This document shows positions 1-10,360 of a stretch of DNA of 64,000 bases, in pieces. Below the pieces are notes generated by a model, which did not search any database, was not told where the DNA came from, and was given only the letters and a program-made list of their open reading frames with translations. The translations under genes and the position numbers were made by a program. This DNA comes from Elusimicrobiota bacterium (GTDB lineage Bacteria; Elusimicrobiota; Elusimicrobia; UBA1565; UBA9628): positions 18,436-82,435 of the forward strand of contig JACRDQ010000040.1 in assembly GCA_016218545.1 (NCBI GenBank). Reading direction: 5' to 3'. Numbering within the stretch: position 1 is the stretch's first letter; every line of letters starts with the position of its first letter.

Positions 1-1
1 G

Positions 2-628
2 GTCCTCCTCGTCAACGCCAAGGCGGACCGCACGGACATCGACAAGTACGTGGGCAAGTGGCTCAGGAACCGGGTCAAGCCGGACAGCCGTGTGGTGGTG
101 TACTTCGCCGGCCACGGCGCTCCCAACCCGCAGACCGGGGAAGGCTACATCCTGCCCTACAGCGGAGACCCCGCCTACACCGAGGAGACCGCCTATCCGG
201 TGAGGAAGCTCTACGAGGCCCTGTCCTCCCTGCCTGCGGCCGAGGTCACGGTCGTGCTCGACGCCTGCTTCTCGGGCCGCGGCGACCGCTCGGTCCTGGC
301 CAAGGGAGCGAGGCCGCTCGTCAACGTCAAGGCCGCTGACGCGGGCTCGAACACCGTGGTCCTCTCGGCCGCGGGCGCGGACCAGATCTCGACCCTCCAC
401 CCTGAGGCCGAGCACGGGATGCTGACCTACTTCCTGCTCAAGGCCCTGCGCGGCGAGGCGGACAAGGACCGGGACGGCCGGGTGACCACCAGGGAGATCT
501 ACGACTTCGTCCTGCCCTCGGTGGAGCGCGAGGCCCGCAAGCTCAACGTGGACCAGACCCCGAGCCTGAGTCCGGCCCCGGGCGCCCTGGGCAAGAAGGC
601 TGAATCGGTCTGGATCCGTCTGAAGTAG
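2..628 (+). CDS. Caspase-like (peptidase C14) domain protein, 5' end outside window
   Basis: The frame of track ORF 50..628 stays open to the window edge (upstream codons VLLVNAKADRTDIDKY contain no stop). YFAGHG and VLDACFSG match the His/Cys catalytic dyad context of caspase/metacaspase-fold peptidases. Confidence 0.7.
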   Translation, partial: VLLVNAKADRTDIDKYVGKWLRNRVKPDSRVVVYFAGHGAPNPQTGEGYILPYSGDPAYTEETAYPVRKLYEALSSLPAAEVTVVLDACFSGRGDRSVLAKGARPLVNVKAADAGSNTVVLSAAGADQISTLHPEAEHGMLTYFLLKALRGEADKDRDGRVTTREIYDFVLPSVEREARKLNVDQTPSLSPAPGALGKKAESVWIRLK

Positions 629-640
629 GCTGCCTGCGGC

Positions 641-2149
641 CTATTTGAGGCCGTAGATGAGGACTCCCTCGGCCTCATCGCGGTGCGCGAGGTCGAAGGC
701 GCCTCCTGCGCCGGCATAGCCCACGAGCCGGTCATAGAACCAGCGCGTGGGGTCCGACACGCCCTTGGCCGCCGGGATGAAGCCCGCGTCCCTGATGACG
801 AGCCAGCGGAAGCCCTCGGCGCGGAATCTTTCCGCGAACTCCTCCGGACCGTTGGAAGGGATGAAGAGGCGCCCTTTGAGGCCCGTGAAGTAGTGGATGC
901 GGATCATGTCCATGGACACGATCCGGTCCTCAGGCGAGGCATGCGCCTTGAGCCAGTCGTAGGAGGCATGGGCCACGGTCAGGGGCTGGGCCAAGGAGGT
1001 CCGCACGGTGCGGGCCAGGAGCGGCGCATTGGTCGCCACGGCCAGGAGCGCGGCAGCGGCCAAGGCCCGGCCGAAGAACCGTTCGGGGACCAGGGCGCGG
1101 AGGCCTTCCAGGCACAGGAAGACGAAGGCCGGCAGCATGGGGACCACGTAGCGCGGGGCCTGGTAGACGTAAGCTGCGCAGACCACGAAATGGCCCATGG
1201 CGTAGAGGGCCAGGAACCGGTGGAGGCTGGAACCTCTGTTCCGCCACGTCCCGGCCGCGAAGAGGACGGCTCCTGCGGCCATGAAGGCCTTGGCCAGCAG
1301 ACCTGTGGGAGCGGCCAGGGTCGGCAGGTAGACCGCGGTCAGGCAGGTCAGGCCCTTGAGATAGAGGCGGCTGTTGTCGAGCAAGCCCGATAGGGCGGCC
1401 GCGGCCCCCCCCTGGCTGCGGAGGCTCCAGTAGGGGGCGTAGAAGGAGGCTTGCCCGATGTGGGTCGCGAGGTAGAGGGTGAAGGGAAGGACGACCAGGC
1501 CGGCGCACAGTCCGAACCACAACCCCTCCTTGAGCTTGCGTCGGAGCGCCAGCTCCGCGAGGATGGCGAGGGGCAGCACGAGCCCGATGGAGCGCAGGAG
1601 CACGATGAACCCGGCCAACCCGCCGAGCAGGGCCCAGCGCCACGGCCGGTCGGACTCCAGCCATGACCTCTCGAAGAGGAGGAAGACCGTCAAGCCCAGG
1701 ATGAAGACATAGCCCGGCTCAGCCATGATGTTGCCGCTGAAGGTCAGCAGGAAGTCGCACAGGAACAGGACGGCTGCGTAGGCCGGGAGCTGGGAGCCTT
1801 CGAACCGGCTCCGCGTGGACAGGTAGAAGAAGGCCAGGCCCGAGAAGAAGAGGGCGGCCATGAAGAGCTTGAGCATGAGCACGGGCCTCTCGAACGCGGC
1901 CAGGAAAGGCATGAGCAGGGCCGGCACGCCCCAGTTGAGGGAGACCTCGAGCTGCGGCGGGTGGTGCCACGGCCTAAGGAGCGAGCCCTTCAGCGCCCCT
2001 TCGCTGAAGAGAAGCCAGTTCATGTCGTCGACGTACTGGCCGAATGGGACCGCGTTGCAGGAGAGCAGGTAGAGCGCGAGGAGAGCCGCGGCCCCGGCCA
2101 GGTCCCAGGCGCTCAGCCGGCGTCGGGCTCCTCCGGCGGCCGGCGTCAT
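641..2149 (-). CDS. Polytopic membrane protein, GT-C fold (family 39/ArnT/PMT-like) glycosyltransferase candidate
   Basis: 502-aa ORF with many hydrophobic helices, an acidic early loop (YVDDMNW) and a soluble C-terminal domain. Only a 3-nt gap separates it from the upstream GT2 gene. Family assignment is by architecture only. Confidence 0.55.
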   Translation of the reverse strand: MTPAAGGARRRLSAWDLAGAAALLALYLLSCNAVPFGQYVDDMNWLLFSEGALKGSLLRPWHHPPQLEVSLNWGVPALLMPFLAAFERPVLMLKLFMAALFFSGLAFFYLSTRSRFEGSQLPAYAAVLFLCDFLLTFSGNIMAEPGYVFILGLTVFLLFERSWLESDRPWRWALLGGLAGFIVLLRSIGLVLPLAILAELALRRKLKEGLWFGLCAGLVVLPFTLYLATHIGQASFYAPYWSLRSQGGAAAALSGLLDNSRLYLKGLTCLTAVYLPTLAAPTGLLAKAFMAAGAVLFAAGTWRNRGSSLHRFLALYAMGHFVVCAAYVYQAPRYVVPMLPAFVFLCLEGLRALVPERFFGRALAAAALLAVATNAPLLARTVRTSLAQPLTVAHASYDWLKAHASPEDRIVSMDMIRIHYFTGLKGRLFIPSNGPEEFAERFRAEGFRWLVIRDAGFIPAAKGVSDPTRWFYDRLVGYAGAGGAFDLAHRDEAEGVLIYGLK

Positions 2150-2152
2150 CCC

Positions 2153-3163
2153 TCAGGACGCCTTGCGTTCCCTGGCGATGAGGGGGTCGATGAGGCGGTA
2201 GACGGCCTTGGCGTCCTCGTCGGCCCACAGGGGATGGTGCCTGGCCATGAGCCAGAGCTTGCGGCCGGCCTTGGCCAGGCCCAGGGCCGGGGCCGGGAGG
2301 AAGGTCTTCCGGTAGAGGGTCGAGGACCTCGCCTTGTCCCCGAGCTCCTTGAGCATGAACGCCCGGGCCTCCGCGGGCTGGAGGCTGCGCAGGAGGTAGT
2401 TCGCCACCTCGTAGACGAGCTTCTCCTTCTCCACCGCCAGGACGTCGGGCGGGGTGCCGCCCGCGACCAGGGCCTCGACCGCCTCCGGGTACTCCTCGAT
2501 CCACTTGTGCGTGACTTGGCCCTCGTGGATGCGGCGCACGGCCAGGGGCTTGCGGATGATCCCGACCTCCACGCCGTCGGCCAGCATGCGGGCGTAGAGC
2601 TCGTTGTCGAGGATGACCATGTCCTTGCGGTAGTGGCCGTACTTCTCGTAGTGGGCGCGCGGGATGGCGAGGTTGGTGGTCAGGTAAGGCAGGAACTCCT
2701 CGCCGACCGCGTAGTGGCCCGGGACCCTGCCCTCGGCGATGGGCCGGGCGGGGTCGAAGGCCATGCCGATGATGCGGCCGTAGCGGTGGAGGTAGCCGTT
2801 GGAGAAGAGGAAGCCCACCCGGGGCTTGGCCTTGATGTAGTCCGCGAACGCCCGCAGCCTTTCCGGCAGCCAGAAATCGTCGGAGTCGATGTTCGTCACC
2901 CAGAGCCCGCGGGCCATGCCCAACGCCAGGTTGCGGCAGTACATGTTCCCGATGTTCTTGGGGAGGCGGTGGTACTTGACGCGCGGGTCCTTGGTCCAGG
3001 CCGTGATCATCTGCGGCGTGTCGTCGGTCGAGCCGTCGTCCACGATGAGGACCTCGAAGTCCTGGAAGGTCTGGCTCATCACCGTGGTCAGGGCGCCGCC
3101 GATCATGTGGCCGCGGTTGTAGGTCGGGAGGATGATGGAGAAGAACGGGGGACCGATCGTCAT
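2153..3163 (-). CDS. Family 2 glycosyltransferase (GT-A fold)
   Basis: Track ORF 2153..3703 trimmed to the ATG at 3163 (MTIGPPFFSIILPTYNRG...). The 180 upstream codons are Pro/Arg-rich noise overlapping the rSAM gene. IILPTYNR, VDDGSTDDT and DSDD are classic GT2 motifs. Confidence 0.85.
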   Translation of the reverse strand: MTIGPPFFSIILPTYNRGHMIGGALTTVMSQTFQDFEVLIVDDGSTDDTPQMITAWTKDPRVKYHRLPKNIGNMYCRNLALGMARGLWVTNIDSDDFWLPERLRAFADYIKAKPRVGFLFSNGYLHRYGRIIGMAFDPARPIAEGRVPGHYAVGEEFLPYLTTNLAIPRAHYEKYGHYRKDMVILDNELYARMLADGVEVGIIRKPLAVRRIHEGQVTHKWIEEYPEAVEALVAGGTPPDVLAVEKEKLVYEVANYLLRSLQPAEARAFMLKELGDKARSSTLYRKTFLPAPALGLAKAGRKLWLMARHHPLWADEDAKAVYRLIDPLIARERKAS

Positions 3164-3169
3164 GGGGGC

Positions 3170-3175
3170 ATTATA
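3170..3175 (-). promoter_or_regulatory. TATAAT -10-like box 6 nt upstream of the GT2 ATG (possible internal promoter / leaderless start)
   Basis: The minus strand reads TGA AGATATATAAT GCCCCC ATG. This AT-rich hexamer sits in GC-rich DNA, and there is no SD between it and the ATG. Confidence 0.25.
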
Positions 3176-3180
3176 TATCT

Positions 3181-4581
3181 TCAGGCCCGGCGTCTCGACC
3201 TTAGGCTGCGCCCCACGGAGAGGCGGACCTCGGCCAGCATGCGGGCGTGACGGTCGCAGCCCGAGAAGCGGGCCGGATGAGCGTAGTGTCCCGGGCACCC
3301 TCCTTGGCACGCGGAGAAGAGGCGGCAGGTCCGGCAGGCGGGGTTGTCCCTGAGGCGGTGGCCCACCCGTGCTCGAGCGATCCTGTTCCAGGCGGCCAGG
3401 AAGGAGGAGGGGCCGCAGTCTGAGGCCGCGAACTCCGTGAGGCGGCGGCCGAAGGCCTTGCCGAAGATGGAGCAGAAGGAGAGGCCGGCCTCGTCGATAG
3501 TGAGCAGGCCGAGGTGGTGGAGGCAGACAGGGCTGGAGAGGTCCTTCTGGACCTCGTCGGCCTCGGCCGGCCTGCGGAAGACCTGGTTGATCTCGAAGAC
3601 GGAGTAGGCCTTGGGCCTGGAGCGCGCCCGGCTGATGAGGGCCAGGCTCATGGCCCGAACCCCGTCTTGGTCGAGCGCGAGAGGGTCCTTGCCGCCGGAC
3701 CATCTGCCGGCCGCCACGGGGAGCTCCACGGCCCAGTGCCGGATCCCGGACTCAGCCAGGCGGTCGAAGAGCTCTGCCTCGCGGCCGAGCCAGCCGCGGT
3801 GCATCATGCTCACCACCGTGACCGGGACCCCTGCCTTGACCAAGCGGCTGATGTTGCGCATGGAGGCGTCGAAGGCCCCCTTCCTGCCCCGCAGGCTGTC
3901 GTGCGCTTCAGCCGGGCCGTCGACGCTCACCTGCACGAACCTGGCGTAGGCCGGGTGGGAGGCGAAGAGCTCGCGGATGACGGACACGTCGCCTGCGGCG
4001 TTGGAGTTGATGGAGAAGGGCAGGCAGTGCTCGGCCAGGGCCGCGGCCGTGCGCCTGAGCAGGGACGGCCTCAAGGTCGCCTCCCCTCCGGAGAGGCGCA
4101 CTCCCTCGACTCCGACGGCGTGGAGGTTCCGCGCCGTGGCCAGGGCCGAGGCCTCGGTGAAGGGCCGCCTTCGGGCTTGGCCGCCGAGGTAGCAGTGCTT
4201 GCAGGAGAGGTCGCAGACCGAGACCAGGTGCCAGACGCAGACGCGGCAGGCTGCCGCGAGCCCCGGGGTCTCTACGACCTGGCGCGGGTCCGAGGGGTTC
4301 GGCTCTGCGGCGACCTCGACGAGCTCGCGGAGCGCGGGGTCGGACGCGAGCTCCCGGGCCAGGCGCCGGGGCGAGGCTGAGGCGTCGAGGAGGTCCGGGA
4401 AGCGCGCCTGGAGGGCGGGGAAGTCCGAGCGGCCGTCGCAGGCTTTGAGGAACTCGAAGGAGTCGTCCTCGAGCTCAAAGACGCGGCCAGCCGGACCGAC
4501 CGCGACGCGGTCAGAGGGCTGGCCGTAGAAGGCGGCAAGGCGTCGCCGGAGGATGACGCCGTCGCGCAGTCTTGGGAACAA
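3181..4581 (-). CDS. Radical SAM/SPASM-domain enzyme with N-terminal PqqD/RRE-like domain (peptide-modifying maturase candidate)
   Basis: CDLSCKHC is a CxxxCxxC radical SAM cluster motif. The C-terminal Cys cluster CRTCRLFSACQGGCPG is SPASM-like. The N-terminal ~90 aa (PRLRDGVILRR...FELEDDSFEFLKACDGRSDF) resemble PqqD. The start is a TTG directly after the stop of the small ORF. Confidence 0.85.
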   Translation of the reverse strand: MFPRLRDGVILRRRLAAFYGQPSDRVAVGPAGRVFELEDDSFEFLKACDGRSDFPALQARFPDLLDASASPRRLARELASDPALRELVEVAAEPNPSDPRQVVETPGLAAACRVCVWHLVSVCDLSCKHCYLGGQARRRPFTEASALATARNLHAVGVEGVRLSGGEATLRPSLLRRTAAALAEHCLPFSINSNAAGDVSVIRELFASHPAYARFVQVSVDGPAEAHDSLRGRKGAFDASMRNISRLVKAGVPVTVVSMMHRGWLGREAELFDRLAESGIRHWAVELPVAAGRWSGGKDPLALDQDGVRAMSLALISRARSRPKAYSVFEINQVFRRPAEADEVQKDLSSPVCLHHLGLLTIDEAGLSFCSIFGKAFGRRLTEFAASDCGPSSFLAAWNRIARARVGHRLRDNPACRTCRLFSACQGGCPGHYAHPARFSGCDRHARMLAEVRLSVGRSLRSRRRA

Positions 4582-4665
4582 CTAGGAACTGTAGCCCGGG
4601 AAGGCGCAAAGGCTCGTCTTGCGGACCGGCCGCGCCGCGCGGATCTTCTTGATGAGCTTCTTCAT
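4582..4665 (-). CDS. Unlisted 27-aa ORF MKKLIKKIRAARPVRKTSLCAFPGYSS, candidate precursor peptide for the adjacent rSAM/SPASM enzyme
   Basis: ATG at 4665 with GAGAGG 6 nt upstream. 24 of 26 sense codons end in G/C. The TAG stop is immediately followed by the TTG start of the rSAM gene. There is no homology evidence. Confidence 0.45.
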   Translation of the reverse strand: MKKLIKKIRAARPVRKTSLCAFPGYSS

Positions 4666-4698
4666 TTCGTGCCTCTCGTTTGCGGCTTTGACCCGTCC

Positions 4699-4704
4699 AT
4701 TGTA
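4699..4704 (-). promoter_or_regulatory. TACAAT -10-like box upstream of the small ORF / rSAM operon
   Basis: The minus strand reads GGTACAATGG about 33 nt upstream of the 27-codon ORF ATG. No convincing -35 element. Confidence 0.25.
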
Positions 4705-4861
4705 CCGCATCCCGCCTCCCGGGCGCCACGGTCTTTGGGCCCAGGAGGGCCTGGGCCCCGACGGCTGCGGAGCCGTTTCCCGCGCCAGGGCCGAGCGTCA
4801 TCATGCTATCATTACCCGGTCGCCATGCTCGCCAGAGACTGGCGCGGGAAAGGAGGTCCTC

Positions 4862-5439
4862 ATGAGGGACAAGGTTTCTCGACTTCTCGCGGTCTTGTGC
4901 CTGAGCCTGCTCGCCGCCGGCTGCGCCACGCCCAAGGGAGTGACCGTCCAGGACAGGAGGAGCTATGTCCTGAAGATGAAGGACGAGACCCTGGCCAGGC
5001 TTCATAAGGAGAAGCCGGAGACCCGGGACATGGTCAAGAGGGCCTCCGGTTACGCGGTCTTCAGCAACATCGGCACGCACCTCTTCCTCCTCGCGAGCGG
5101 CAACGGCTACGGCGTCGTGATCGACAACGCCACGGGACGGAAGGTCTTCATGAAGATGCGCTCGGTGGGGTTCGGCCTGGGGATGGGAGTCAAGGACTTC
5201 AGGGCCGTCTTCATCTTCAAGAGCAAGTCGGTGGTGAAGGATTTCATCGAGAAAGGGTGGGCGTTCGGGGGGCAGGCCGACGCCGCGGCCAAGTCCGGAG
5301 AGAAGGGCGGCGCCGCCGGCGGGGAGGCCTATGTCGAGGACGACATCGAGATCTATCAGCTCACGGAGTCTGGTCTGGCCCTGCAGGCGACGGTCGCCGG
5401 CACCAAGTACTGGCCCGACAAGAGTCTGAACGCGGGACC

Positions 5440-5443
<4 letters not shown>
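4862..5443 (+). CDS. Lipoprotein with SYLF/Ysc84-like (DUF500) domain
   Basis: Track ORF 4619..5443 trimmed to the ATG at 4862, which is preceded by AGGAGG. Lipobox LLAAGC. The Gly-rich body (GNGYGVV...GFGLGMG...GGQADAAA) is typical of SYLF domains. Confidence 0.75.
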
Positions 5444-7506
<2,063 letters not shown>

Positions 7507-7513
7507 CGGCGCC

Positions 7514-9010
7514 GTGAACCGCGGACGCGGCGGCTCGCCGGCGGGCCTGCTGGCGGCGCTGGCGGCCGCGGCGGTGCTCCTGGGCTACCGCCTCGACGAC
7601 GTAGCCGGACTGCACCGGGACGAGGCCGCCTTCGGGCTCGCGGCCGAGGCCATCCTGAGGGGCGAGCTCCGGCCGCTGGCCGGACTGCTCAGCACCTACG
7701 CCGCGCCGCTGCACTCCTACGGCATCGCCCTCTTCTTCCGTCTTTTCGGCGAGTCGCTCTGGAGCTTGCGGGCCGGCGGCGTCCTGGCGAACCTCTTGGC
7801 CGCGGCCCTTTACGCGGACCTGGCCCGGCGCTTCCTAGCCGGCCGGGCGGCCTGGGCCGCGTGGTTCCTCGTCACCATGCCCTCGTTCGTGGTCCTGGGG
7901 CGCATCGCGGGCGAGAACTACGCCCTCAACCCGCTGCTCTTCATGGGAGGCGTCTGGCTCTTCGCCGTGCCGGGCCTCCGGGGTACCGGCCGGGCGCAGG
8001 CCGCGGGCTTGCTGGCCGGCGGGCTGTGCTTGGGGCTCGCGGTCTGGAACCATATCGTGAGCCTGCCCAGCGTGCTCGCGGCCGCGGCCGCCTACGCCGT
8101 CTTCGTCCGTCCGGGCCGGCCGTTCCTCGTCCGCTCCGCCGCCCTGCTCCTGCCCGGCGCGCTCCTGGCCGCGGCGGCCGCGGCCGCGGCCCTGGTCTCG
8201 GCCCCGGCGCTCAACAGCGGCGCGTCCATGCTCTCCAACCTCTCCCCGGCCGTGCTGCCCTCGCTGCTCAACATGCTGCACACCCTGGGAGGCGGCGCGC
8301 TCTACGCCCGCGCGTGCGGCGAGGCGGCGCTGCCGCTCACCTTCATCCTGCCCGTCGCGCTGGCCGCGGGCCTCATCGCGCCCTGGCGCCGGAGCGTCCC
8401 GGAGGGTGAGCGCGGCCTGGGCAAGGGGCTCTCCGCCTTCGTGGCCGCGAGCTTCCTCGGGACCTGCCTCATCACGCCCGCGGGCATGACCGGGTCGCGG
8501 CTCTGGATCATCCCCCTGCTCGCCGTCCCCGCGGTCCTGGCCCTGGCCCTGCCGCGGCGGAGCCTGACGGCCGCGTTCCTGGGAGGAGGCCTCGTCGCGG
8601 TGAACCTGGCCGGGCTGGGGTGGGACTATTTCCACAACTTCCTGGAGGACGGCGGGGTGCCCCGCCGGGCGGTTTTCGTGGGAGGGGGCTTCGACAACAG
8701 TTGGGACTTCATGGACCTGCGGCCTTTGGCCGCGACAGCGGTCAAGAGGCCTGGGACGCCGGTCTTCGTGGAGGACTTCAACCTCTGGCGCCTGAGGTTC
8801 CTCCTCCCGCCTGATCAGAGAGAGCGGGCCCGGCTCCTCACGCCCGAGGTCCTGGACCGGGGAGCGGCGCCGGCGGGAAGCCTGTTCGCCTTCCTGAACC
8901 TGGAGGACCGCCTCCTGCCGCCGCTCATCAGGACCCGGCGCCTCAATCTCGTCCGGCGGCCCGAGCTCTCGTCCCGCCAATTCAGCGTCTACGAAGAGAC
9001 CGGGCCGTGA
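7514..9010 (+). CDS. GT-C fold (family 39/ArnT/PMT_2-like) membrane glycosyltransferase candidate
   Basis: 498-aa polytopic ORF with a GTG start. An early DE-containing loop (GLHRDEAAFGL) is followed by many helices and a soluble C-terminal part. Confidence 0.6.
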   Translation: MNRGRGGSPAGLLAALAAAAVLLGYRLDDVAGLHRDEAAFGLAAEAILRGELRPLAGLLSTYAAPLHSYGIALFFRLFGESLWSLRAGGVLANLLAAALYADLARRFLAGRAAWAAWFLVTMPSFVVLGRIAGENYALNPLLFMGGVWLFAVPGLRGTGRAQAAGLLAGGLCLGLAVWNHIVSLPSVLAAAAAYAVFVRPGRPFLVRSAALLLPGALLAAAAAAAALVSAPALNSGASMLSNLSPAVLPSLLNMLHTLGGGALYARACGEAALPLTFILPVALAAGLIAPWRRSVPEGERGLGKGLSAFVAASFLGTCLITPAGMTGSRLWIIPLLAVPAVLALALPRRSLTAAFLGGGLVAVNLAGLGWDYFHNFLEDGGVPRRAVFVGGGFDNSWDFMDLRPLAATAVKRPGTPVFVEDFNLWRLRFLLPPDQRERARLLTPEVLDRGAAPAGSLFAFLNLEDRLLPPLIRTRRLNLVRRPELSSRQFSVYEETGP

Positions 9011-9633
9011 GCCTTCCTGTTTTAAGGCCTTCTGCCGAAAACTTGATAGAATCTGGCCTCAGCGCCATGCCAGTCCCCCGCTCCTGCGCCGTGTTCCTCG
9101 ATCGCGACGGCGTCCTCATCGAGGACGTGGATTATGTCCGAAGCATGCGGCAGGTCCACGTGGTGCCCGGGGCTCCCGAGGCCGTGGCCAGGCTCAACAA
9201 GGCGGGCCTGAGGGTCGTGGTGGTCAGCAACCAGTCCGGCGTCGCCAGGGGCTATTTCTCCCTGCGGACCCTACAGAGGATCAACGCCGCGCTCAAGAGG
9301 AGGCTCCGCGAGGCCGGGGCCAGGCTCGACGGCCTCTACTATTGTCCGCACCTTCCCCCGGCCAAGGGGAGGAAGCCCTGCGGCTGCCGCAAGCCCGGGA
9401 CCGGGCTCGTGGAGCGCGCCCGCCGCAGGTGGGGCATCGACCTTTCCCGGTCGTTCTTCGTCGGGGATTCGACCACGGACCTTCAGACCGCGCGCAACGC
9501 GGGCTGCAAGGCGGTCCTCGTGCGCACGGGCAAGGCGGGCAAGGACGGCAGGTACAGGGTGCGGCCGGACGCGGCCTGCCCGGACCTGCCCAAAGCCGTG
9601 GATTGGATCCTGGGGGTGCTGCATGGGTCTTAG
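9007..9633 (+). CDS. gmhB: D-glycero-D-manno-heptose 1,7-bisphosphate phosphatase (HAD-IIIA)
   Basis: FLDRDGVL, VVVSNQSG, CPH..........CGCRKP zinc-loop pattern, and FFVGDSTTD. The GTG at 9007 overlaps the previous stop. An alternative start is the ATG at 9067. Confidence 0.85.
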   Translation: MSLPVLRPSAENLIESGLSAMPVPRSCAVFLDRDGVLIEDVDYVRSMRQVHVVPGAPEAVARLNKAGLRVVVVSNQSGVARGYFSLRTLQRINAALKRRLREAGARLDGLYYCPHLPPAKGRKPCGCRKPGTGLVERARRRWGIDLSRSFFVGDSTTDLQTARNAGCKAVLVRTGKAGKDGRYRVRPDAACPDLPKAVDWILGVLHGS

Positions 9634-10360
9634 GGCGGCCATCGTGGCGGGCGGAAGGGGAGAGCGCATGCGGCCGGCCACGGACGCGACGCCCAAGCCC
9701 ATGCTCCCGCTCCTGGGCAAGCCCCTCCTGGAGCACCAGCTCGGCTGGCTCAAGCGCTCGGGGATCGACGACGTCTTCCTCTGCCTGGGCTACAAGGCCG
9801 AGGCCGTCCAGGAGCACTTCGGGGACGGCTCCAGGTGGGGCATGAAGCTGCGCTACTCCGTCGAGTCCTCGCCGCGCGGCACGGCCGGCGCGGTCAAGGA
9901 CCTGGGAGACCGCGGAGGCGCGGACCTCCTCGTGGTCTACGGGGACCTCTTCATCTCCATGGACGTCGGCAGGCTCGCGGCCTTCCACGCGTCCAAGCCC
10001 GGAGCCGCGACCCTCGTGGTCTGGGACACCGACCACCCCCAGGACTCCGACCTGGCCGAGGTCACGGACGGCCGGGTCACCCGGTTCTACCGGGCCGGGC
10101 CGGGCGAGCCGGCCGGCGGCTTGGCGCTCGCCGCGGTCTGGCTCGTGCGGCCTTCCCTGCTCGAGCTCGTCCCCGCGGACCGGCCCTCGGACTTCGGCAG
10201 GGACGTCTTCCCCGCGGCGCTCAAGGCGGGGCTGGTCCTCAACGCCTATAAGACCGGCGAGACGGTCGAGGACGTGGGCACGTTCGAGAGGATGGAGAGG
10301 TTCACGAGGAAGTGGGAGCGGCGGATGGGCGGAGGAGGCAGGCAGCATGATCATCTCTAG
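9623..10360 (+). CDS. hddC: Sugar-1-phosphate nucleotidylyltransferase, likely heptose-1-phosphate guanylyltransferase
   Basis: AAIVAGGRGERMRP....PKPMLPL.GKPLLEH is an NTP-transferase signature. It lies between gmhB and hddA with overlapping ends. The symbol is inferred from context. Confidence 0.7.
   Translation: MGLRAAIVAGGRGERMRPATDATPKPMLPLLGKPLLEHQLGWLKRSGIDDVFLCLGYKAEAVQEHFGDGSRWGMKLRYSVESSPRGTAGAVKDLGDRGGADLLVVYGDLFISMDVGRLAAFHASKPGAATLVVWDTDHPQDSDLAEVTDGRVTRFYRAGPGEPAGGLALAAVWLVRPSLLELVPADRPSDFGRDVFPAALKAGLVLNAYKTGETVEDVGTFERMERFTRKWERRMGGGGRQHDHL

Noticed and set aside
3164-3703. The N-terminal 180 codons of track ORF 2153..3703, which would make the GT2 protein 516 aa.
   Set aside because: This segment overlaps the 3' part of the rSAM/SPASM gene in another frame and is Pro/Arg-rich junk. 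The GT2 domain starts cleanly at the ATG at 3163. Similar 5' extensions were trimmed for ORFs starting at 4619, 5257, 11391, 22268, 23137, 23754, 29446, 31822, 38658, 46330..47568 and 59002..61107.
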